A stretch of DNA of 35,941 nt from the IMG/VR virus record IMGVR_UViG_3300026016_000021, positions 1-35,941 of that record; one strand, given 5' to 3'. The stretch is from a virus. Lineage: Duplodnaviria; Caudoviricetes. The notes under the pieces are model-generated. The model made no database searches and was not told where the DNA came from. It saw only the letters and a program-made list of their open reading frames with translations. Positions within the stretch are counted from its first letter, which is position 1; each line of letters opens with the position of its first letter. Position numbers and translations under genes: made by a program. Of the stretch, positions 9,274 through 17,740 are shown piece by piece.

Positions 9274-9836
9274 GAGTCCCTCGGGTCTTTGGCCGCAATC
9301 CCCAATCCAACTGGCTCTCGCGGTTGTGGGACCAAATCCAGGCCAATGCCCTGGTCGATGGGCCGGGCTACCGGCTGAACCGCGGCCGGCGCGGGACGGT
9401 CCTGATTCTGTTGCCCGGCCGCAAGGGGGGCAGCCCCGCCTCACCTATCGAGCAATTCCGCTACAAATCGATGAAGGGCGATTACCTGGTTTGTCGGACG
9501 TGGGATGGAACGACGGAGGGCTCGAGCGACATCTATATCGCCAAGCCTGAGACGCTGCGAAAGACCGGTTGGCATGGAGCGGACGTTACCTACACGATCG
9601 AATCGACTGCCCAACAGATCACGGTCCATTACAATTACGTCTCCAACAGCTATCGGGTGGCCACAAGCGCGGGCATCAGTGAGCACCAGGAGATCGTCCC
9701 CCGTTATCGCGCTGATTCCTCCATCATTTACGCGGTTGAGGTCGAGGGCCTTGGAATCATGACCGAGGGCGCCGATCCCATGCCGGTCGGGAAGTTGGAC
9801 CTCAACGCCGATGGCCGGCAATTCGCCAGGACCTGA
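9270..9836 (+). CDS. Putative tail tip protein
   Basis: ATGA overlap; DYLVCRTWDG..IAKP..LR and DLNADGRQF motifs. Confidence 0.5.
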   Translation: MRVPRVFGRNPQSNWLSRLWDQIQANALVDGPGYRLNRGRRGTVLILLPGRKGGSPASPIEQFRYKSMKGDYLVCRTWDGTTEGSSDIYIAKPETLRKTGWHGADVTYTIESTAQQITVHYNYVSNSYRVATSAGISEHQEIVPRYRADSSIIYAVEVEGLGIMTEGADPMPVGKLDLNADGRQFART

Positions 9837-9845
9837 TCCGACGTC

Positions 9846-10709
9846 ATGCCCAATTTGGCCAGCTTCGAGAGCAGCGCCCTGCTGGGCTTTACCCAATCTC
9901 CCTTGGTGGCCCGCAACCGGGCCAGCGAGGTCTCAACGCTGGGATTGGCAGCTCTTTTTGTCGAGGAGCAGATCGCTGAAAAGGCCCCGCTCATTGCCGC
10001 GCATGGGGGGCACGCCGACATCTTGTCCCGGATGATTGAGGCCGAACTGGACGCGCGCAACTCCGCGTCTATCCATGGCTTCGCTGGCCCCTCGCCTCTC
10101 ATGTCGCTGGTGACGACCCGCAATCAAACAGCGGCCAACTATGAGGCGTTGGGCGGGTCTTTCGGATGGCCGCCGCCGATCTACGACAGCGGGAATGGGC
10201 GGATCTCATGGAGCGGAGGCCTGCAGGGCGTGCAATGGAATTTCCTGGAGGCCGCCCCCGAAAATTATCTGTATGATTTGGGCGGCGCACCGGTCAATCC
10301 CACTCCGGTGCTCGGACGGGATGGTGCCTTCAGCGTCCGCGCTTTCGCCTTTTGGGGCCATACCACTCGGCTCCTCGCCGGCGTCAGTCTTCAATCCTGG
10401 ATCGGCGTGGTCTGCGCCGGTTTCGCCGGAGCCCGGACGCCTGGCTATCTGGTCGTCATCGATGTCACCGACCGTTACCCGGCCGTGGCGGCGGCCGATA
10501 ACATCGAAAAGTGGATGGGATTGTCGGGTGGATTCTACGGCCAGCCCGTGGTGGTTGGGGCCCGGCGGTGGATTCTGGAGCGCGGCGCCTTCGAATTTGG
10601 GCCCTACGCGCCCGATCAATCCCGGGTCTACCTGTCAGTCTTTTTGCGGGACGCCGTGGATCAGCCCCTCCTGAATTTCCTGGGGGCCGCCACCGCCCCC
10701 CAGCTTTGA
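9846..10709 (+). CDS. Hypothetical tail-region protein
   Basis: Long ORF co-oriented within the tail operon. Confidence 0.6.
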   Translation: MPNLASFESSALLGFTQSPLVARNRASEVSTLGLAALFVEEQIAEKAPLIAAHGGHADILSRMIEAELDARNSASIHGFAGPSPLMSLVTTRNQTAANYEALGGSFGWPPPIYDSGNGRISWSGGLQGVQWNFLEAAPENYLYDLGGAPVNPTPVLGRDGAFSVRAFAFWGHTTRLLAGVSLQSWIGVVCAGFAGARTPGYLVVIDVTDRYPAVAAADNIEKWMGLSGGFYGQPVVVGARRWILERGAFEFGPYAPDQSRVYLSVFLRDAVDQPLLNFLGAATAPQL

Positions 10710-10728
10710 CTGGCCGAGCAGCTCAAGA

Positions 10729-11322
10729 ATGTCGCTCCTCAAACTGGTCTATGACATCACGACGAAGAATCTGATCCGGGATCAAAATCTCTCGGGAATC
10801 TTCGAGCTGCCCCCCCTGCAGCAGCGCGACCAGGTCCCGATCGATTTCCGCGTTGTGCGTCAGATCAGCTGGAGCGAGGCTCCGTTCTACGAGGCCATCA
10901 ATCTTTCAGGCGTGGCGCTGCGGATTTCCATTGGCAGCGCCGGCACTGTCGATGCCAGCGCCACGGCCTGGACCGAGGTCAACGGGGGCGAATCCTTGAG
11001 CGGCGTGCTCGATCTGGCAACCGCCTCCCTCAACGCGCTGACGGCCGACACCACGCGGCAATTCGAGGTGCAGATCACCGGCGCCGCCGGCGGCCCCTAC
11101 TCCGGCCGTTATGCATGCACGATCCGGACGGCCGTCTATGTCGCCGCCAACGAGGTTCCGGTGCCGACCGGAACGCCCATTTCCCGCGAGGAAGCGATCG
11201 CGCTCTTCATGCAGCGCAACGCGGTGCGGAGTTTTGTCGCCTACAGCGTCCCCAATGGCACCAAACAGTTCCTCTGTTACTTGCGGGATGATGGCTCCCT
11301 GGCGGCCGATCCGCTCAATTGA
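10729..11322 (+). CDS. Baseplate-upper/fibre adaptor-like protein
   Basis: Ig-like beta pattern (LRISIG..SGVLDLAT..FEVQIT) just upstream of the fibre gene; no signal peptide. Confidence 0.5.
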   Translation: MSLLKLVYDITTKNLIRDQNLSGIFELPPLQQRDQVPIDFRVVRQISWSEAPFYEAINLSGVALRISIGSAGTVDASATAWTEVNGGESLSGVLDLATASLNALTADTTRQFEVQITGAAGGPYSGRYACTIRTAVYVAANEVPVPTGTPISREEAIALFMQRNAVRSFVAYSVPNGTKQFLCYLRDDGSLAADPLN

Positions 11323-11324
11323 TC

Positions 11325-13271
11325 ATGAAGAAACTCCTGCAGATCGCCCTCTTTTGCGCAGCCGCGTTCACGGCCCGAGGCGCGGACATCATCACCGCGA
11401 CGATCACCCTGACCAACGTGCCGGCGACGGCCGACACGATCGACGACACCTCGACCCGGACCTTCACCAACAATGTCAGCGCGTCGCCGGGAACTCTCAT
11501 CCTGGCCACCAACACGATCCCTTACAGCGCGACCAACATCTGGCTTCATCTGGCGACCTACCCGTTCCGGCCGGCGGACTTCGTTCAGATCACCAGCCCG
11601 AGCAATGTGACGATCACCGCTTTCCCCGGCCAATTCCCGGATGTCACCCTTTCGGCCGGGTGGGGGACTGTGACCTGGTCGACCAACGCAACCCATACCA
11701 ACACCTGGGTCGTGCGGGTGCCCTACATCGTCGAAGCGGCGACCAATCAGACGAACATCGCGTCTCTTTTGGTCTCTTACATCTCCGACAAATCGAGCAA
11801 CGCGATCGCAACCGGGGCGACCGCGCTCTCCAACTTCGTCTCGGTCGCCGCCAATCAGACCGTCACCGGCAACAAAACCCTGACCGGCACCACCACGATT
11901 TACACGCTCAATGCCACCAACGGCTGGCTCATCGCGATGTCCGGCATCTCTGGCTATGTGGTCGCGCTGACCAACGGCGTTTATTCCGGCCCGACGATCG
12001 TCGATGGCCTGATCAGCAACATCATTGCGAATGACCTGGTCGTGACGAACCTCTCCGCCCCCGGCTCCGGGTCGGATTCCTTCCAGGTCGGGAGCGGCGC
12101 TGACGCCAGCGGAGACCAATCCGTCGCGGTGGGCGTTTTCACCATTGCCTCAGGCGGGAATAGCGTCGCACTTGGCTATAACGCGGGAGCCACCAAAGCT
12201 GGCGCGGTTGCCTTGGGTTCCGGATCCGCCGCAATCCATACCAATGCGGTGGCGATCGGATTCTTCGCGAACACGACTACCAATGATCAGATTGCACTCG
12301 GAGGGACCGCGGCAAGTTCGGTCCGGATCGTTGGAGCTCTGGACGTGGCCAACATCCGCAATGCAAAATTCGCGGGCTCGGTGACCAACCAGGCCAGGAC
12401 CTCCTTTCCGGGCCTGGTCTTCACCACGCTCGGGGATGGCAACAACCTGGCGGTGGATTTCGGATCCAATTACTGGGTCCGGATCGAGGGGACAATCACG
12501 GCCGACGCGACGATCTGCGGCCTGGCTGGCGGCTATTCTGGCCTCACTTTCGAGGTCTACAACGGGACCGCTTACAACATCATTTGGGCACAGAATACCT
12601 TGGATCCGACGCCCGCCAACCGGATCGTCACCCGGGACGGCTCGGACCTGACAATGGCGACCAAGGGGACCGTGACCATCCGGTGGAGCAGCACCGATTC
12701 CCGGTGGCATGTCCTGGCTTCCTATCCAACGCTGACCTCGGCCACCAACGCCCTCCCCTATAACGACGCGAACGCCACGAATTTCAACGCTTGGGCCAAC
12801 GCCGCGGATAAGGTCCCGATCACCGCCCGGGGGCTCAGCGGCAGCACCAACGCGACTTTCCGCGTGCTCGATGCCGCCGGCGCGCTCGTCTCCGAAATCG
12901 CGAGCAATGGCAGTCTCCTGATCGGACGCGGGCTCGCTCTGCAGTCGAGCAACCTGGTCGCGCACAGTTCATCGACCAATTACGTCCCCGACTTCGTGAT
13001 GGCCGAAGCCGATCTGGAGGCCTCGACGGGCATCCTGAACTTTCTGATATCGACCAATCGCCCGCTAAGCGGCGTTGGGCGCGTGCGCCGCTGGAGCGTG
13101 ACCATCTGGTCGGGGAATACCAACCGACATCTGGGATTCAATACCTCCTGGTCTTTTTTGGGGGCGCCGGCCCCGACGCTCCTTGCCAGCAACAAATGGG
13201 CGGTGCTCTCCCTCCGGTGCAACGGGTCGAGCGAGACCAACGTTTTGGCCGCCTGGTCAGTCACGCCATGA
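11325..13271 (+). CDS. Tail fibre/adhesin with YadA-head-like repeats and a signal peptide
   Basis: MKKLLQIALFCAAAFTARG|ADI leader; ASGDQSVAVG/ASGGNSVALG/GAVALG/NAVAIG repeats; QTVTGNKTLTG; about 21 TN dipeptides. Confidence 0.8.
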   Translation: MKKLLQIALFCAAAFTARGADIITATITLTNVPATADTIDDTSTRTFTNNVSASPGTLILATNTIPYSATNIWLHLATYPFRPADFVQITSPSNVTITAFPGQFPDVTLSAGWGTVTWSTNATHTNTWVVRVPYIVEAATNQTNIASLLVSYISDKSSNAIATGATALSNFVSVAANQTVTGNKTLTGTTTIYTLNATNGWLIAMSGISGYVVALTNGVYSGPTIVDGLISNIIANDLVVTNLSAPGSGSDSFQVGSGADASGDQSVAVGVFTIASGGNSVALGYNAGATKAGAVALGSGSAAIHTNAVAIGFFANTTTNDQIALGGTAASSVRIVGALDVANIRNAKFAGSVTNQARTSFPGLVFTTLGDGNNLAVDFGSNYWVRIEGTITADATICGLAGGYSGLTFEVYNGTAYNIIWAQNTLDPTPANRIVTRDGSDLTMATKGTVTIRWSSTDSRWHVLASYPTLTSATNALPYNDANATNFNAWANAADKVPITARGLSGSTNATFRVLDAAGALVSEIASNGSLLIGRGLALQSSNLVAHSSSTNYVPDFVMAEADLEASTGILNFLISTNRPLSGVGRVRRWSVTIWSGNTNRHLGFNTSWSFLGAPAPTLLASNKWAVLSLRCNGSSETNVLAAWSVTP

Positions 13272-14158
13272 AATGGTCGCTCGTTATTCTCTTGGGCCTG
13301 CTGGTTCGCGCGGCGCCGGCGCAGACCGCCTTCGGGGATCCCGCCTTTCTCTCCCGGACCTTCATTTATCCCGCCAACTGTGTGACGGGCGCCTTGGATG
13401 GCTGGAGCTGCGTCCGAAACATCCGGGCCGAATATCAAGGCGCCCTCATTCGCGTGCGGCGCGGGAGCGACTCGACCGAGCAGGACATCTATGCCCTGGC
13501 CGGGGCGCTGGACACCGCGACCATCGCGAGCTTTTGCGGGACCTCGACGGGATACGTCACCACGATTTACGCGCAGCTGGGAACCAACAACATCAAGCAG
13601 GCGACCGCGGCCAACCAGCCGCAGATTTACAACGGCTCGGCCATCTTCATCGCGACCAACGGAAATCGCCGGCCGATGATCAAGTGGGACAACGTCAACG
13701 ACTACATGCAAGCCGTGAGAAACACCGCTTGGGTCCAGCCGATCTCCGCCTACCATGTGATCCAGCAGACCTCCTGGACGTTGGGCGATCCGCTCATCGA
13801 TGGATCGACCACGGCCACTTTCTTTGTCAATGATCAGCGCGACTCCTCGAGCCGGATCCGGCTCTACGCCAACACGGCCCTGCAACCGACAACCAGCTTT
13901 ACTCTGGGTGTGCCCATCCTTCTCTACGAGGTCGGCAACAACACCGCCAGCGTGATCGGATTCAACAATCAGGTGGCCGAAACGAGCGGCACGGCCGGAG
14001 CGGCCAATCCCGAGGGCATTACTTTGGGCGCGTTCTCTAACGGGACCGTGCCGGCGGATCTGATGTGGCAGGAATCGATCATCTATGGCACCGCCCATGA
14101 CGCGGCGACTCGTCAACGCCTCAGAGAGCTCATCAATGCGTTCTATCATTTGTTTTAG
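13268..14158 (+). CDS. Exported arabinofuranosidase-B-catalytic/LamG-like receptor-binding protein
   Basis: MKWSLVILLGLLVRAAPA|QTA leader; YQGALIRVRRGSDSTEQDI, GYVTTIY and QATAANQPQI motifs. Confidence 0.7.
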   Translation: MKWSLVILLGLLVRAAPAQTAFGDPAFLSRTFIYPANCVTGALDGWSCVRNIRAEYQGALIRVRRGSDSTEQDIYALAGALDTATIASFCGTSTGYVTTIYAQLGTNNIKQATAANQPQIYNGSAIFIATNGNRRPMIKWDNVNDYMQAVRNTAWVQPISAYHVIQQTSWTLGDPLIDGSTTATFFVNDQRDSSSRIRLYANTALQPTTSFTLGVPILLYEVGNNTASVIGFNNQVAETSGTAGAANPEGITLGAFSNGTVPADLMWQESIIYGTAHDAATRQRLRELINAFYHLF

Positions 14159-14492
14159 CTTCCTGGCTTTCGCGATCGCGATCGCGGCCGAGGATTTCCT
14201 GGTGCTCGATGGGTTCCGATCCGAGGATGCGGCCAAGGCCCGCAGTGCGGCCGCCATGGCCGCCGAACAGACCCAAAAGACCCGTGATGACCCCAAGACC
14301 ATCACGCGATATCTCTGGGAGCGGCGGCAGGATCAGGCCGACACCAACAATTGGGCTCTCCTGATTCCAGCGACCGAGACCAACAAGCTCGCGACCGGCG
14401 AACGGCTGGTCCTCAAGCCACGCGGGACCAATTGGACCGATAAACTTCCGGAGGTCCTGGAGCCCGCCATCAAGCAGCTTCGGCCCAATTGA
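14136..14492 (+). CDS. Small signal-peptide protein
   Basis: MRSIICFSFLAFAIAIAA|EDF leader; three TN dipeptides; start overlaps the upstream gene end. Confidence 0.6.
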   Translation: MRSIICFSFLAFAIAIAAEDFLVLDGFRSEDAAKARSAAAMAAEQTQKTRDDPKTITRYLWERRQDQADTNNWALLIPATETNKLATGERLVLKPRGTNWTDKLPEVLEPAIKQLRPN

Positions 14493-14514
14493 CTCGGGGC
14501 GCAGTCGCGCGCCA

Positions 14515-14697
14515 GTGAAACTGTGGAGTGACATCGCCAAGGTGGTGGGGCCCGGTGCCGGCGTCTTGGGCCTGGTCAATCTTCTGGAGCTCAAGACCTG
14601 GCTCGAGCTCCTCCTGCTTTGCCTGACGATCCTCTACACGGCCATCAAGATCGTCTCCGCCGCGCGGAGACGGAAAGGAAAGCATGCTGAGCGGTAA
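14515..14697 (+). CDS. Holin-like membrane protein
   Basis: Hydrophobic helices, ILYTAIKI, basic C-terminus RRRKGK. Confidence 0.6.
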   Translation: MKLWSDIAKVVGPGAGVLGLVNLLELKTWLELLLLCLTILYTAIKIVSAARRRKGKHAER

Positions 14698-14857
14698 AAA
14701 GACCTACCTGGTGGGGATCTGGATGATCATCCAAGCCATCGTGCCGGCCCTGATCGATCGCGATGTGTCGAAAGTCGATTGGGTCGGGGTGCAGGGCGGT
14801 TTCGGCCTTATTTTCCTGCGGCAAGGGGTCGCCAAGACGGCCGAGCCCAAAAGTTGA
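14684..14857 (+). CDS. Second holin-like membrane protein (57 aa, not in the ORF track)
   Basis: Manual translation MLSGKKTYLVGIWMIIQAIVPALIDRDVSKVDWVGVQGGFGLIFLRQGVAKTAEPKS; GAAAGGA before ATG. Confidence 0.7.
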   Translation: MLSGKKTYLVGIWMIIQAIVPALIDRDVSKVDWVGVQGGFGLIFLRQGVAKTAEPKS

Positions 14858-15047
14858 CCCGGCGGGTCCACCAAGCCGCCAAAGCAGCGCGATTCGGACT
14901 ATCGGTCCGCCGAAAGGCTTTGCTGACATGGAGCCGGACCGTGCGTTTGGTGATGCCCAAGCTCTGGGCAATCTCCCCATCAGAGAGGCCCATGGCGATC
15001 GCCGCGGCCACCTGCTCCATCCTGGGCGATAAATTTTGACTGGCCAC
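14808..15047 (-). CDS. Stand-alone LuxR/GerE-type HTH regulator
   Basis: LSPRMEQV..IAMGLSDGEIAQSLGITKRTVRLHVSKAFRR matches the LuxR C-terminal pattern. Confidence 0.85.
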   Translation of the reverse strand: MASQNLSPRMEQVAAAIAMGLSDGEIAQSLGITKRTVRLHVSKAFRRTDSPNRAALAAWWTRRVNFWARPSWRPLAAGK

Positions 15048-15180
15048 CTGGGCTTCGATCGTAGCAGATTGGCTCGGATTTCTCCAGTATCCCGCCCCTT
15101 TTCCCGAAAAATTCTCAAGGGGGATGAGCTGTCCTTAATGACATCTTACGCCCCGCCATGACTCGAGCCAGATTCACCGA

Positions 15181-15711
15181 ATGGCATCAGAGCACGCAGG
15201 CGGACATCTCCCGCCGGGCCTCTTCCGGGTCCCCGTCGAATGGCATCTGGACCAAGCGCAGGCCGTCCAAATCGATCACTTCAACTTCGAGGCCCTCGAT
15301 CGCGTCGAGGATGAGATCGCCGAAACCATCGCCAAGGAGCTGCCCTCCGCTGGTCCGAGCGAGGCCCGCTGCCTGGCCGAAAAGTTGAGCAGACTGATGC
15401 GGCGCCAAGCCCGCAGCCAGATCGAATCCGAGCGCGAAGAGATTCTCCTGGCGATCCTCTCCTTCGTGATTGGTGGCAAAAAACCGGGCCTGCGGGCCGT
15501 CCAGCTCGCCTTCGCCGCCGGGCTGTATGAAACAACCTCCCGGACCGGGCCGGCTCTGGCCAGGCAGCATGGGATCTCCAAGGAGGCCTTCCAGCAAGGC
15601 GTCGAGGCCTGCCGCCGGCAGTTGGGCCTGCGCCAGACCCGGACCATGCGCAGCGCCCGCGCCCGCCAAACCATGAGGGAAGCCAACTACCGGCCCAGAT
15701 CCAGAGCATGA
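15181..15711 (+). CDS. HTH protein, candidate late transcription activator
   Basis: TGPALARQHGISKEAFQQGV HTH-like segment with basic C-terminus. Confidence 0.55.
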   Translation: MASEHAGGHLPPGLFRVPVEWHLDQAQAVQIDHFNFEALDRVEDEIAETIAKELPSAGPSEARCLAEKLSRLMRRQARSQIESEREEILLAILSFVIGGKKPGLRAVQLAFAAGLYETTSRTGPALARQHGISKEAFQQGVEACRRQLGLRQTRTMRSARARQTMREANYRPRSRA

Positions 15712-16301
15712 GCAACCTTAACCTCGCGCCCGTCGAGCGGCTGGTCGGCACCGGCAAAATCGTTATCCACCGGTCCGGCGCGGAGTTCCGCGACCTGGAA
15801 CGGGCCGAATGGAAAGGAATCTGGACGTCTCTCAAGCGCCTCAATGGGAGCCTCAACTGGATTATCGGCGATTGGCTCAACTGGGGCCGCACCCGGTTCG
15901 GGGAGCGCTACGCGCTGGCCTTGGACGCCACCGCCCTGGAATATCAGACCCTGCGCAACGCCGCCTGCATCTGTGGGGCGGTGCCATTGTCCCGTCGACG
16001 GGACACCCTCTCCTGGACTCATCACGCCGAGGTCGCCCCCTTGGGCCCGTCGGACCAGGCAAGGTTTCTGGAGCGGGCTGAGGCCTCCGGCTGGTCGGTC
16101 TCCCAACTCCGGAGGGCCATCAGGGCCGAGCAGGCCGAAACGCGGGAGGAACCCCGGCCACCCGGCTTTATCCCCGTGGTGTGGATCCAGGAAGGCCTGC
16201 GGGCCTTCCGACGGGAAGGGGTGACTGAGTGGCCGCCAGCCAAGCGGGCCGCCCTAAAGAGCCAGCTGGAGCCTCTGGTGAAGCTCTGGCGAGAGCTTTA
16301 G
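15708..16301 (+). CDS. LmbU-like DNA-binding protein
   Basis: WIIGDWL..GERY..YQTLRN..SRRRDTLSWTHHAEVA..GWSVSQLR. Confidence 0.75.
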   Translation: MSNLNLAPVERLVGTGKIVIHRSGAEFRDLERAEWKGIWTSLKRLNGSLNWIIGDWLNWGRTRFGERYALALDATALEYQTLRNAACICGAVPLSRRRDTLSWTHHAEVAPLGPSDQARFLERAEASGWSVSQLRRAIRAEQAETREEPRPPGFIPVVWIQEGLRAFRREGVTEWPPAKRAALKSQLEPLVKLWREL

Positions 16302-17368
16302 GTAAGCTCGACCGGCCGCCAATCCCGGTCCACGTCGCCGGCTCGCCAATTGAGCGCTTCTTGAACCGTCCCGCAGGTCGGAGCGACTCCCTCGACGTGC
16401 CAGACCCCAATGGACGGGTTCAACATCTTCAGATAGCGACAATCATGGAAGCCGTGGCCGAACACCGCTGAAAGATCGATGCTCAGGAGTTCGTAGCCGG
16501 CGAGTTGATTGAGCACCCTGCAGCCGCTGCGCCGGACGAAATTCTCCATGCCCATTCTCCGGAGGAGCTCCCTGCGGATCTCGACGTTGGATTCCCTCAT
16601 GATGACCTCGAAAAGATCCTCAGGGGGGGTCGAGATGTGCGTTTCCCGCATCCGAACGCCATTCAGGGCATAGATTGACCAGCCATCAGGGAATGAAACC
16701 GCCGGCCCATCCGGGCAATGCAGGGCTCCGCGGGCATTGCGCCTGACAGCCGAATACCGTTCGCAGGCCAGGACCAGGTCTCGCCCAAGCCAGCACCAGC
16801 CACAGGATTCGGCCAAATCCATTTGAGGACGCAATCGGTCGACGGCCGGCACCAACCCGCTAAAGACGTCGTAAAAGGAGAGCCACCACTCTGCTTGGCC
16901 GCAATGGTAATACCAAATCGAGTCGCGGACCGAGTCGCGGACCGAGGCGCTGACCGAGTCGCGGACCGAGTCGAGGACCGAGGCGCTGACCGAGGCGCTG
17001 ACCGAGGCGCGGACCGAGGCGCTGACCGAGGCGCTGACCGAGTCGCGGACCGAGTCGCTGACCGAGTCGCGGACCGAGGCGCTGACCGAGTCGCTGACCG
17101 AGGCGCGGACCGAGGCGCGGACCGAGGCGCTGACCGAGTCGCGGACCGAGGCGCTGACCGAGTCGCGGAGAACGAGCCTAACGAGCTGGGCGGCCAGCGG
17201 GCTCGTGCACCAGACAATGCGCGGATCCCGCAACCCGGCCTGGCGATACATGCGGATCAGCGCGTCCTCAGCCGACGGTCTGGAGGCGGGTTCGGTCGAT
17301 AGCCCAATTGCCACCCACTTGTCCCGCATGGCTCTCAAATCCGGCAACTCTTGACGATTGGTGATCAT
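16298..17368 (-). CDS. DUF6745-like protein with internal tetrapeptide repeat
   Basis: IVWCTSP, CGWCW, G.LHCPDGPAVSFPDGW, NVEIRR and NPSIG.WH motifs. Confidence 0.75.
   Translation of the reverse strand: MITNRQELPDLRAMRDKWVAIGLSTEPASRPSAEDALIRMYRQAGLRDPRIVWCTSPLAAQLVRLVLRDSVSASVRDSVSASVRASVRASVSDSVSASVRDSVSDSVRDSVSASVSASVRASVSASVSASVLDSVRDSVSASVRDSVRDSIWYYHCGQAEWWLSFYDVFSGLVPAVDRLRPQMDLAESCGWCWLGRDLVLACERYSAVRRNARGALHCPDGPAVSFPDGWSIYALNGVRMRETHISTPPEDLFEVIMRESNVEIRRELLRRMGMENFVRRSGCRVLNQLAGYELLSIDLSAVFGHGFHDCRYLKMLNPSIGVWHVEGVAPTCGTVQEALNWRAGDVDRDWRPVELT
16916..17167 (-). repeat. 21 x 12-bp tandem repeat, [A/C]GC G[A/C]C TCG GTC
   Basis: Encodes (R/S)(D/A)SV; counted from the translation. 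Confidence 0.95.
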
Positions 17369-17371
17369 AAT

Positions 17372-17719
17372 TTAATCCGCGACGGCGCGGGTGACCTGGT
17401 TCAGGTAATCGTATTCCCTGACCCGTCCCACTTGCCAGATCCCCGCCTCCAAGCGCACGGGCTTATGCTCCTCATGCGTCACTGTTCCGCCCTTGCTGAG
17501 CTTGAGGAGCATGCGCTCACCGATCGCGATCAGTTGGGCATCACTCTCGCCCTCGGGCTCCAGTATGTGGGCATGACCGGTGGCTTCGCCCTCCGCCAAC
17601 ACCAATCGCGGTCCCCGATCGGTCATCTTGTAGATCCCAACATTGGTTCCAGCCTCCGAGGGCAGCTTCGCCAGACGTTGGAAGAGCACATCTCCCTGTT
17701 GTTTCTGTTTTGGTTTCAT
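17372..17719 (-). CDS. His-motif partner protein of DUF6745-like gene
   Basis: QQGDV, LAEGEATGHAH, HEEH and REYD motifs. Confidence 0.75.
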   Translation of the reverse strand: MKPKQKQQGDVLFQRLAKLPSEAGTNVGIYKMTDRGPRLVLAEGEATGHAHILEPEGESDAQLIAIGERMLLKLSKGGTVTHEEHKPVRLEAGIWQVGRVREYDYLNQVTRAVAD

Positions 17720-17740
17720 TGTTTCCTTTCTTCGCCGGGA

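Noticed and set aside
11325-13271. Trimeric autotransporter adhesin
   Set aside because: YadA-like head repeats and a leader are present, but there is no C-terminal beta-barrel anchor ending in an aromatic residue; the C-terminus resembles a phage fibre domain
16916-17167. CRISPR array or DGR variable/template repeat
   Set aside because: Contiguous in-frame 12-bp units without spacers; no cas or reverse transcriptase gene and no second template copy
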